Shown here one piece after another: positions 49,718 through 58,926 of a DNA stretch of 64,000 nt (positions are counted from its first letter, which is position 1; each line of letters opens with the position of its first letter). The position numbers were made by a program, and so were the translations under genes. The notes beneath the pieces were generated by a model that was not told where the DNA came from, made no database searches, and saw only the letters and a program-made list of their open reading frames with translations. The DNA is taken from the IMG/VR virus record IMGVR_UViG_3300021256_000062, positions 32,001 through 96,000 of that record; one strand, given 5' to 3'. The DNA comes from a virus (taxonomy: Duplodnaviria > Caudoviricetes).

Positions 49718-50443
49718 TTCAGATGTGGGGCGAAAGGTACTTGTGTAGTCTTTTTGACAACGTGGATTTCCACATTGAGTTACAACTACAGTATCTAGTC
49801 CTATCATACTATTTATTTTTTCAGCTGCATCAAAAATAACTTTTGCATCCATCACTGGTAATTTTTGTACAAAATTTTCAAGTCTAATTGGGTCTAAAAC
49901 CTCACCATCTACTTCTTCAATTAAAGCCTCTAATGTTAACTCAAAAGTTGGGTCAATTGAATTAGGGTCTTTCTTAAGTCTTGCATTCTTTTGTTTATTA
50001 ATGTTTTCTAACATTGCAGGTGTTTGATATCTTAATGTTATAGTCTTTCCTGTTCTAGGTAATTCAACGGTAAACATTGATTTCATTTTAGGGTCATATT
50101 CATTGACATCTAAATCTTCTAGATTAAATACTTGTTCTTCAATCTCATTACAATAAGGACATCTAGTTGTCATTTTATATTCGGTACCATATGATACTAT
50201 TCTTAATTTATGCATCATAAACTGATAATCACCTAAACATAAATCTTTAACTGGGATTCCCAAGTCAGTTAATAAACAATCTTCTATTATTTCACACATT
50301 GTTAAATAAGGAGTCTTTGTTGGAGATAATCTTTTCATCTCTTCAATTGTAGTCATACTTCTTAATGTGAATTCAGGATTTACTTTCTTATCATAAATTA
50401 ATCCCTTTGATGGTAATGTAAAACTTTCTTGTATTGTATTCAT
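49697..50443 (-). CDS. Tail/baseplate assembly chaperone (T4 gp26-like)
   Basis: LPSKG..Y, RSMT..EE, LRIVSYG, CPYC, LP.TG, terminal EFFWP. Confidence 0.8.
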   Translation of the reverse strand: MNTIQESFTLPSKGLIYDKKVNPEFTLRSMTTIEEMKRLSPTKTPYLTMCEIIEDCLLTDLGIPVKDLCLGDYQFMMHKLRIVSYGTEYKMTTRCPYCNEIEEQVFNLEDLDVNEYDPKMKSMFTVELPRTGKTITLRYQTPAMLENINKQKNARLKKDPNSIDPTFELTLEALIEEVDGEVLDPIRLENFVQKLPVMDAKVIFDAAEKINSMIGLDTVVVTQCGNPRCQKDYTSTFRPTSEFFWPTL

Positions 50444-50464
50444 ACTAATTTCCTTTCTAATTGA

Positions 50465-50632
50465 TGTAAAATTGCCTTAATTTTAATTTTTATATGAAAT
50501 ACTTATAACTTATGGCAAATTATATAAAAACTAATTATACGACAAATTTTACTATAATATAACAAAAATATCATAGAATATTATACCATATGATTATTTG
50601 TCATAGTTCATATGTACATACTCTATGATATT
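50465..50632 (-). other. Structured intergenic region (two long hairpins)
   Basis: ATATCATAGAGTAT/ATATTCTATGATAT and GTAAAATT/AATTTTAC inverted repeats. Confidence 0.5.
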
Positions 50633-50648
50633 ATACAATATTTCTATA

Positions 50649-51281
50649 TTAAGATTGTGAAACAAACTCTACTGATTCCATATCATCTGGTAAATGAGGG
50701 ATTGCTCTATCATATTCGATTGTTGCTGTAATTTCTCTCTTACCATCATCATCAGATGAGAATTCATTTTCATCTAATTTTGAAATCCATACACCATACA
50801 TATCCCAATATCTAATCATTCTATGGTCTGGAGTATATTCAATTAATTTTGCTTGAATCTTATAATCTTCTGCTCTACCTACTGATTCATCTTCAACGTG
50901 TGCAGCAAGTCCTCTCCATGCTTGTAAAATTCCTTTAGTATTTGCACCAATATAATCGTTAAATTTAAATGAACCAGAATCATAAGTAATTGCACCTGCA
51001 AATTTTACAGTACCATTACCTCTTTTAACTTCAATTACATTTTGAGTAAAATTAGGAACTGAAGCTGAACTTACTGATAATCTAATTACTTCTTGTGCAA
51101 TATCTGCTTTAAATTGTTCATAGTCAGACGCATTTGCTCTTTCAGCACCTAAAGCAATTAATGTATCAGTGAAGATAGGCATAAACACAAAGTTATTACT
51201 TCTTGCAGGAGTATATAACTCAGGATGCATTGCAATATGATATGTTCCTAAAATATCTGTTGATTTATTTTTACTTGGCAT
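50649..51281 (-). CDS. Tail tube protein (gp19-like)
   Basis: RSNNF, VP.F....IEV.RGN..VKFAG, WDMYGVW, ATIEYD. Confidence 0.85.
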   Translation of the reverse strand: MPSKNKSTDILGTYHIAMHPELYTPARSNNFVFMPIFTDTLIALGAERANASDYEQFKADIAQEVIRLSVSSASVPNFTQNVIEVKRGNGTVKFAGAITYDSGSFKFNDYIGANTKGILQAWRGLAAHVEDESVGRAEDYKIQAKLIEYTPDHRMIRYWDMYGVWISKLDENEFSSDDDGKREITATIEYDRAIPHLPDDMESVEFVSQS

Positions 51282-51299
51282 ATTATTCTATCCCCTTTC

Positions 51300-52799
51300 C
51301 TATTCTTCAGTGACAGTGAATGAGTCAACTAATTCTACTAATAAATTAAATTTTTCAACTGCTTCAATTGGAATAATACTAATTACGGCTGCAAGTGTAG
51401 CCTTAACTGCAGTATCCACTTTAATCATCTTATAATCTTTAATTCCTTGATTAGTTTTCATAACGTCTAATAGTTGTTGAATTTGTGACTTAAAGTTGAA
51501 CCATAATCTATCACTATTTTGTTCAAACATATAAGCTTTAGAGCTTCTATATAATTGTTTCTTTAAGTCAATTACAAGTTGTCTAATATTTAAGAATGAA
51601 CTTGCAATTAATCCTTGAGATAAAGCATTATCCCATAATGTTCTATTACCCCAAATTAAGATTCCATATGGATTAACTGTTGTGATAGGGTTAACAGCAA
51701 CACCTGTATCTGGAGTTAATAGATTTGCTTTCTTCTCACCATAATTATAAATAGGTGTTCCTTTAATTGTACCTCTTAATCTACCTGCAGTCGCATACCA
51801 AGTAGGATTATCTTCAACTGAATTAATAAATGCATCTAGATAAGCAACTGATGCTGGTAATGTAATATCACTACCACTTATTGGATATTTACACCAAGGA
51901 CTAAACATTGCAGCATATTTAGATGTAACTAATTGTGCAGACGCTAGTACACTACCTACATCTGTCAAGTCATAAGGATGGTCTAATAATAATAGACAAT
52001 CTCCTCTTTCAGCTACTATTGTTTGTAATTTACTAATTGCAGCTGATACTGTTCCACCTGCAATATAATATACACGTCCTGCAGATGCAGTTTGACTATC
52101 ATCTAATACATATTGGCCATTTTGATTTTGATAGAAGAATTTTCCAGCTTCATACTCAACTTTAACATAGTATTCTCTATCTGCATTAAATTCACCATTG
52201 TCTAACACCCACGCTGGAGTTGTTATATCATAATAATAATATTTTGATGGTTGATATGATAATACATCAACATTTGCAGCTACATAGTAGCATTCAAATG
52301 CATGACTTAAATCTTCAGTATATCCTGCAGGTGAACCTGTAACATTAGTAAATGTTTTAATATTTGTATAATTTGGATTAGGTGCAGTTATATATCCACC
52401 TAATGTTAAGAATCTAACATCATATAATCCTTTATCATCTAAATCATCATAAAATGACTCTTGACTTAAAGCTTCCTTTAAACCATCATAACTTGTATAA
52501 GGCCCACCATTATTAGATGGTGATTTATATAATACTTTAAATCCACTATTCAATAAGAATTTTGCAGTAAGATATCCAGGGTCTCTTGTTATATTATTTG
52601 TACTAAATGGTGCTTCACCATCACTATATACTGGACATTCACCAAAATTCTCAACTAATTCATCCGCATTATTAAGTAATACGAATTTATCTAAATTAGA
52701 ATTTAATCTACTTCCACCTGGAACAAATACTACATAATCTTGTTCAGCTGATAAACCTGCAGAAGTATTGTCTCTTTCTCTAATATCAATAACAGGCAT
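51300..52799 (-). CDS. Tail sheath protein
   Basis: YAAMFSPW, WYATAG..RG, VNPI, IWGNRT, LNIRQL, FEQN. Confidence 0.92.
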   Translation of the reverse strand: MPVIDIRERDNTSAGLSAEQDYVVFVPGGSRLNSNLDKFVLLNNADELVENFGECPVYSDGEAPFSTNNITRDPGYLTAKFLLNSGFKVLYKSPSNNGGPYTSYDGLKEALSQESFYDDLDDKGLYDVRFLTLGGYITAPNPNYTNIKTFTNVTGSPAGYTEDLSHAFECYYVAANVDVLSYQPSKYYYYDITTPAWVLDNGEFNADREYYVKVEYEAGKFFYQNQNGQYVLDDSQTASAGRVYYIAGGTVSAAISKLQTIVAERGDCLLLLDHPYDLTDVGSVLASAQLVTSKYAAMFSPWCKYPISGSDITLPASVAYLDAFINSVEDNPTWYATAGRLRGTIKGTPIYNYGEKKANLLTPDTGVAVNPITTVNPYGILIWGNRTLWDNALSQGLIASSFLNIRQLVIDLKKQLYRSSKAYMFEQNSDRLWFNFKSQIQQLLDVMKTNQGIKDYKMIKVDTAVKATLAAVISIIPIEAVEKFNLLVELVDSFTVTEE

Positions 52800-52828
52800 A
52801 ATTGTTCTCCTTTTTATTATTTTTTATC

Positions 52829-52842
52829 TATATAATTTAGCT
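52829..52842 (-). promoter_or_regulatory. Putative phage-specific promoter AGCTAAATTATATA
   Basis: Identical to 20909-20922; about 30 nt upstream of sheath ATG. Confidence 0.55.
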
Positions 52843-53440
52843 AGTCTTTTAATTCAATATTTGAATTTTCTTCATCAATACTAACATTGTTTTTATATGG
52901 TAATGAGAAGAAATAAGCATCATCTACTACAAATCTAATTGTCCACCTTGTAAATTGGTCAGGTGCCAATCTTAATGGTATATCGGATGTATCTTCTATT
53001 GTAGGTAATACTCGAATATTACTCCAATGTTCATATTGAATATTATTATAAGGTAAAATTACCTTTACTGTAGGGAAATTTTGTAATTGGAACACAAAGT
53101 TCCTTAAGTATTCATCTCCCTCATTAAAATATCTAGTGTATATATCTATTTGATAAGATATAGTCATTGGTATTGCATCAATTTGTAATGATTTATCATG
53201 AGTGGCAGCTAGCATCATACCATCATATGACATTACTTTTTTATGTGTATATTGTAACTCAATTTCGGGATTTCTAGTTATAGTAATTAAAGGTAGTGTT
53301 ATAGGAGTATCTTTAGTCTCATCTGCCTTTATTTGAAATAATCTTTCAGTTTCATCTGGAGATAACACCTTTAATGACTCATCCTTAATCCAACTTTTAA
53401 TTTTAGCCACAATTGCTTCATCATATAATCTAATAGACAT
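52841..53440 (-). CDS. Tail terminator (gp15-like)
   Basis: LPLITITR, IP..ISYQIDIYTR; upstream of sheath. Confidence 0.7.
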   Translation of the reverse strand: MSIRLYDEAIVAKIKSWIKDESLKVLSPDETERLFQIKADETKDTPITLPLITITRNPEIELQYTHKKVMSYDGMMLAATHDKSLQIDAIPMTISYQIDIYTRYFNEGDEYLRNFVFQLQNFPTVKVILPYNNIQYEHWSNIRVLPTIEDTSDIPLRLAPDQFTRWTIRFVVDDAYFFSLPYKNNVSIDEENSNIELKD

Positions 53441-53442
53441 AT

Positions 53443-53841
53443 TTAAACCATCCTATTCCTTAATTTATATAATTGGTAATAACTATATCCTTGATTTATT
53501 ATATCGTTAAACCATTTTGAAATTGTATATGTTCCTTTTACATCTAAATTACCAAACTCAATTAAATTAATTAACTCCGATATTTTATGACCACCATATC
53601 GTGCATTAGAATTTAAATCTAATAAATAATAATGTTTTGTTATAGTGACATATGAGTGGTTAAGTGCATATATTAATATGTCATATGTATAAGTTGGTTT
53701 TCCAAATAATCTGGTTAAATACTTATCCATTTTAACATATTTATAATTCATTCTATCTGAATTCCACTTAACTTTTAAAATGTATGGAACAAAATTTATA
53801 AAATATCCATCTGAGTAATTATCATAAATTTTTAATTGCAT
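53443..53841 (-). CDS. Hypothetical virion-associated protein
   Basis: LIEFGN motif; neck region. Confidence 0.6.
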   Translation of the reverse strand: MQLKIYDNYSDGYFINFVPYILKVKWNSDRMNYKYVKMDKYLTRLFGKPTYTYDILIYALNHSYVTITKHYYLLDLNSNARYGGHKISELINLIEFGNLDVKGTYTISKWFNDIINQGYSYYQLYKLRNRMV

Positions 53842-53842
53842 A

Positions 53843-54703
53843 TTATAAATCCTTTATTTGGTTTAAATATGTCTTTAAATCTTTTAATAATTCTTTATCT
53901 CCACTTATTTTACTTAATAAATTATCTAATTTATCTTTATCTTGAATTTCTTCCTTATTGTCTTTCTTAATATTTCTAGATAATAATGAAACATTCTTTC
54001 TAATTTCTTGTTCAGTTCTCATTAATTTATTAATTTTATTTGGAGTTGGTTTTGCACCATCATAATATAATACAAGATTAACCAATTCTCTATAACTAGG
54101 TTTAGATGAATCTACAAATTGATGTCCAACACTATCACCTGAAAATGTAATTAATCTAGGAGTTCCATCTTGATTTTCAACATCTTGATATTCACTAACT
54201 AATCTTCTACTTTCATAATCATCAGTTAAGTATGCCCAAACATCAATTACATAATCTTGTTTTCTCTCATTATCATCATAGAATTCTGAGTCCTCTAAAA
54301 CACTTGCCCTAGTTCCATCCATTAAAGATTTATTAGTTAGTACATTATTAGAGTATTTATTGTTTATTATTGCCAACTCATTATAAGTGGGCTTTATGTT
54401 AACTCTATTTAAATACTCTAAATAATTAATGAAAGGATTACTATTTTTATTTAATGTTTTAAATGCTGACACCCAATTACCAATTAAATTCATAGAAGAT
54501 TCATCATCTACAAGATATGATAAATTTTTAAGATTATTTATAATGTAATAAGAAACTACTTTATTAATATCTTCTGGAGCACCTGTAATTGCTTTTTGTA
54601 ATGCACCTTCATAATCATTTCTTTGTACTAAATCATAAATATCAGTACTTGTAAATTCTTGTTCAGTAGGAAGACTTGCTTCAGTTAAAATCAATTTATT
54701 CAT
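53843..54703 (-). CDS. Hypothetical protein, possible internal head protein
   Basis: N-terminus MNKLILTE-A resembles a cleaved capsid-targeting peptide. Confidence 0.6.
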   Translation of the reverse strand: MNKLILTEASLPTEQEFTSTDIYDLVQRNDYEGALQKAITGAPEDINKVVSYYIINNLKNLSYLVDDESSMNLIGNWVSAFKTLNKNSNPFINYLEYLNRVNIKPTYNELAIINNKYSNNVLTNKSLMDGTRASVLEDSEFYDDNERKQDYVIDVWAYLTDDYESRRLVSEYQDVENQDGTPRLITFSGDSVGHQFVDSSKPSYRELVNLVLYYDGAKPTPNKINKLMRTEQEIRKNVSLLSRNIKKDNKEEIQDKDKLDNLLSKISGDKELLKDLKTYLNQIKDL

Positions 54704-55218
54704 TATGTATCTTCCTCCACTAATAAATTAAATGTATCTTGTGAATGAGATAATTGACTTCTGTCAAAATTATCTATATATTCAGGAACTATCTTACATG
54801 CAACTGAAGCTGGGTAAATCATTATTCCACTGATATCTACTACTCTAAATACTCTTCCCTTTGTATTATCAAATCCACTTGGAACAATGAATAATGCTCC
54901 TTGTTGCAAATTCTCTAAATCATATGGAACGTGTATAACTGAAGCATCTTCTTGTCTTTCAGAATTCCATCCTAATAATTTAGTAGTCTTTTGTGTAGGG
55001 TGTTCTTCAAAGATACATCCTACAACTTTAGGAGAACTGTAACTAGATATCAATTCTCCTTGTGTAGTATATTGTTTATTTTGATTAATAGGAGTTTTGT
55101 ATAAACAATTTACTCCCATTAATCTAACCATTTCTTTGAACCATTGTCTATGTAACTTAATATCAGGAGTTAATAATTTCCCATAACTATCTCTTGATGT
55201 GATATAATTTTCATCCAT
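54703..55218 (-). CDS. Head closure/neck protein (gp14-like)
   Basis: FKEMVRLMG...Y; position between head and tail genes. Confidence 0.6.
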   Translation of the reverse strand: MDENYITSRDSYGKLLTPDIKLHRQWFKEMVRLMGVNCLYKTPINQNKQYTTQGELISSYSSPKVVGCIFEEHPTQKTTKLLGWNSERQEDASVIHVPYDLENLQQGALFIVPSGFDNTKGRVFRVVDISGIMIYPASVACKIVPEYIDNFDRSQLSHSQDTFNLLVEEDT

Positions 55219-55244
55219 ACTACTAACCCCTTTCTAAAATCAAA

Positions 55245-58200
55245 TTATTTTCTTCTATTAGAAACTTTACCACGAATATTTCTAGAATTTCCATCTACTT
55301 TAACTTTATAATCAAAGTTTAAACTTTCTGATAATAGTTTTTTATTTTCAACTGTACAGTTTAATGTGAATGCTTTTTTATTCTTAGCAAATGTTTCATT
55401 AATACCTTTGTATTGTAATTTATTTTCTTTTTGAGATGACTTTTCAAATAAGAATTTAGTTTCTTTTGTTTTTCCATTCTTATATGTTAATAATCCTTCA
55501 AGAATTAAATTACCTTTTTCTGATTTACAATTAGATAATTTGAAATCTTTTACATTTTCATAAACTGAAATACAATATTTATTAACTAGATTTTCAAATA
55601 ATGATTCATCAACATCATCATAAGTATCAGTAGGTTCTAACTCAGATAAGATTTCATAAACTAAATCTGGATTACCTTTTACGAAATTGAAGAATGCATC
55701 TTCTTCAGCTTGTTGTTCTTTAGTACCTCTTGGTAAATCTTCATATCCATCAGTACTTATTGTAATATCTCCAGATTGAACTCTATCTTTAAAGTCATCA
55801 TAAAGAGTATCTTCTAAATCAATGTAACTATATAATTTACCTTTGTATGCAACTTCAGGGTCTGCCCACTCACCATGCCAAATAAATTCAACTTCAGGAA
55901 CACCATAGAATAAATCAGCTTCTACTTCTCCTGTTTCTTGGTTATAATGAGCTTCTAAAAATTTAGATTTCTTTTTAGGAGTTTTATCATCACATCCTTC
56001 AGTTTTACAAGATTCTTTCTTAACACCATAATCAGCTAAAATTTGTTTAGCATTGTCGGCTTTGAATCCATTTTGTTTTAACCAATCTTTAATATGTCTT
56101 AAAGTTGTTTGTGAGTAAGTACCATAAATTACAGGTTTACCATCTTTAATTTCACCAACTAAAGTATCATATGAGAATAATTGATTCTTATCATTATTAT
56201 CTCCTGTATTTACTTGTGCTTTACCATAGAAAGATTTTCTACTATCATATTGTGGTTCTAATCCATAAATAGGTGCTTCAGTTAAACTTTCATTAGTATT
56301 ATCTTGTTCACCATTATCTCCTTTTAAGATTAATTCACAAATATGACCAATATCATTACCAAAATCAAATAATACTTCATCCCAAGTTTCATTTGTTAAA
56401 TCTGCAGGTGATGATACATATTCTTCTAATACTTCCCATTGGTCTGCAATATATGTTAATGCTGAGTCAACTTCTTCAGTTACTACATCATATATAGCAT
56501 TTTCATAGTCTCTAGTTTTTAAATCTTCAAAATCAATTCTATTTAATATTTCGGCAACAATATCTAGGAAATCGAAATTTACTGAATAATCAAAATATTT
56601 ACCAATTATATCTTTATATGGAGATTTTTGTATATCACCTTTAGCTTCTTTTAATTGTTTTGTAAAATTAGGATTTTCAAATCCATATGATTTTAATTCT
56701 TCAACTAATTTTGATTTATCTTCTAAGCTTAATGATTCTTTAATTCTCTTTGAGATTTCAATAAGTTTTTCATCAATAGGTCTTGCCTTTGCAATTTTAA
56801 TTGATTCATTCTTATTTACACCAACTCCATTTTTAACAAGTAAGTCTCTAATTACTGTTGGGTCGGCACCATATACTTCAAATCCATCATACTCCCAACC
56901 TTCGAAATCATCTACAAATCTAGAACTTTCTAGTACACCTAGTACTTCTTCATATTCAGGTTGAGAACTTGTTGTAATAATTGTATTTGCACTTACCTTA
57001 ATTGATTCATTTAATTTATCTTTAGATTCACTAATTGCTTTAGTTACTCTTCTAATAAATCTTTCCTTAATTAATTTCTTTTTAGATTCAGTTAGTGCTT
57101 TAACTTGTTTTTTAGATTCATTGATTTGTTTACCATTTTTCTTTAAAGATTCATCTAAGTCCCATTCAATATTAGTAATTGTAACAGTTCCATCTTTATC
57201 TTCAATATCTAAACCGTTAACTAAATATCCATAAGAATCTGATAAATAATCAGTAACAACATCATTTAAATCATCAGTTTCGGGGTCATAATTTAATTCT
57301 TCATAAGTAACTGTTTCTTCAGTAGGTAATCCTAAATCCTCTAATTTATCTTCATATGATGGTTCTTTTTCATTATAGTAATCTTCAACATCTTGAATCA
57401 TATCTTGGAATAAGTCATCATACATATCAGCTACCACTTGTTGGTCATCAATTACACCATAATGAACACCTAAATCTACAATATCACTTGTGTAGATTAA
57501 TCCATCATCAATTGCACCATTTACAGCATCACTAGGTTCATAACCATCATCTACCCAAGATTTTGCTCTATCAATTAAACTATTTAATACATCATAGAAC
57601 CCCTCTTTTAGTTGTTGAGATTCTTTTAAATTTTCTTTCAATGGTTCAAGATTTCCACTCATTAGTGCTTTAAAATCTTCTTTACTTCCAACTCTATACC
57701 AACAAGGTGCATTTACCGTAGTATTTATATCGTGAACTAATAAGTAATCTTGATTTTCACCATCAGTAAAATACTCAAAATTACCATCATTATATTCTGG
57801 ACCTTGATATTTGTCAAAACCATCCATATCTTTGTAAGAAACTTTATTTCCAGTATATTTACGAATTAGATTTGCAAGATATTTTTTCCAATTAATACCT
57901 TGTTCATCATCTTCCCACTCACCAGTTTCTCTTAATGATTTGTTTTCTTTTAATGGTTCTTCAATAACACTTACTTCTCCAAATAAAACATCTCTTGTTT
58001 CATCATTATCATATTCAGGATGTGCTTTAACATAATCATCAATGAATTCTAATGCAGTTTGAGCATTTCCATCATATACATAGCCTACTTTTTTCTTATA
58101 TTCTTCCCAAGCATTTTGAAAGTCTGCTAATTCGCCATAAGATAAATCTTCTTTAACTGATTTCCCACAACCTTCATCCATATTTCTATTGTGTCTCTCA

Positions 58201-58907
58201 GCTCTAGTTAAGTTTCTTTCTTTTAAATTGTCTTCTTTTTTACTCCCATCGCAAGATTCTTCTTTTGGAGTTACATTAAAAGATTTTCTAACGGCTTTAC
58301 CTACAGTCCCATCTAGACCATATTCTTCTTTTAAATTAGTGGGGATATCTTCTTTTGCATTTTTCATTTTAAAAGATTCTTTTAAAATTTTTCTTGCTTT
58401 TGCTTTTTTAGATAATCCTTCATCTACCTTTTTATCATCTTCATCGGGTTCATCTTCTGAGTCATCATCAGATTCATCGTCATCTAACCAATCAGTTAAA
58501 TCATCTAAATCATCTTCTTCAGTATCAGTTTCTCCACCATAAGGTGCGACTTTACCTTTAACTTCGAATCCATCTTTTTGTTGACAATGTGGACAAGGTT
58601 CACCTACATTAAATAATGTAGGTTCATCTTCACTTTGTTCAACCTCATCTTCATCTTTATAATGAATTGTATGACAAGTAGGGCAGTATAGAAGAAGAGA
58701 ACCTACATAAGTATCTCTTAAATCTTCTTCATCTTCTGCATCTATGTCAACTACCATTTCAATGTCAGATACATCATCAATATCTTCCATTCTTTCTTTT
58801 GCTTTCTTGGCGTCATCTTTGTCGCCTAAATTAAATTTATTTTTCTTTTTGTTTTCTTTGTCATCTAATAAATCTAATTCTTGAAATGCTTCAATTAAAT
58901 ATGACAT
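55245..58907 (-). CDS. Giant acidic modular protein (putative protease-processed head polyprotein)
   Basis: 1220 aa; N-terminal CPTC/CPHC domain; many LKE/ESL/LNES linkers between unrelated domains. Confidence 0.75.
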   Translation of the reverse strand: MSYLIEAFQELDLLDDKENKKKNKFNLGDKDDAKKAKERMEDIDDVSDIEMVVDIDAEDEEDLRDTYVGSLLLYCPTCHTIHYKDEDEVEQSEDEPTLFNVGEPCPHCQQKDGFEVKGKVAPYGGETDTEEDDLDDLTDWLDDDESDDDSEDEPDEDDKKVDEGLSKKAKARKILKESFKMKNAKEDIPTNLKEEYGLDGTVGKAVRKSFNVTPKEESCDGSKKEDNLKERNLTRAERHNRNMDEGCGKSVKEDLSYGELADFQNAWEEYKKKVGYVYDGNAQTALEFIDDYVKAHPEYDNDETRDVLFGEVSVIEEPLKENKSLRETGEWEDDEQGINWKKYLANLIRKYTGNKVSYKDMDGFDKYQGPEYNDGNFEYFTDGENQDYLLVHDINTTVNAPCWYRVGSKEDFKALMSGNLEPLKENLKESQQLKEGFYDVLNSLIDRAKSWVDDGYEPSDAVNGAIDDGLIYTSDIVDLGVHYGVIDDQQVVADMYDDLFQDMIQDVEDYYNEKEPSYEDKLEDLGLPTEETVTYEELNYDPETDDLNDVVTDYLSDSYGYLVNGLDIEDKDGTVTITNIEWDLDESLKKNGKQINESKKQVKALTESKKKLIKERFIRRVTKAISESKDKLNESIKVSANTIITTSSQPEYEEVLGVLESSRFVDDFEGWEYDGFEVYGADPTVIRDLLVKNGVGVNKNESIKIAKARPIDEKLIEISKRIKESLSLEDKSKLVEELKSYGFENPNFTKQLKEAKGDIQKSPYKDIIGKYFDYSVNFDFLDIVAEILNRIDFEDLKTRDYENAIYDVVTEEVDSALTYIADQWEVLEEYVSSPADLTNETWDEVLFDFGNDIGHICELILKGDNGEQDNTNESLTEAPIYGLEPQYDSRKSFYGKAQVNTGDNNDKNQLFSYDTLVGEIKDGKPVIYGTYSQTTLRHIKDWLKQNGFKADNAKQILADYGVKKESCKTEGCDDKTPKKKSKFLEAHYNQETGEVEADLFYGVPEVEFIWHGEWADPEVAYKGKLYSYIDLEDTLYDDFKDRVQSGDITISTDGYEDLPRGTKEQQAEEDAFFNFVKGNPDLVYEILSELEPTDTYDDVDESLFENLVNKYCISVYENVKDFKLSNCKSEKGNLILEGLLTYKNGKTKETKFLFEKSSQKENKLQYKGINETFAKNKKAFTLNCTVENKKLLSESLNFDYKVKVDGNSRNIRGKVSNRRK

Positions 58908-58926
58908 ATTCTAATCTCTCCTTCTA

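Noticed and set aside
49718-49773. GTG start for the 99-aa ORF
   Set aside because: Lies inside the upstream gene without an RBS; a frameshift explains the ORF better
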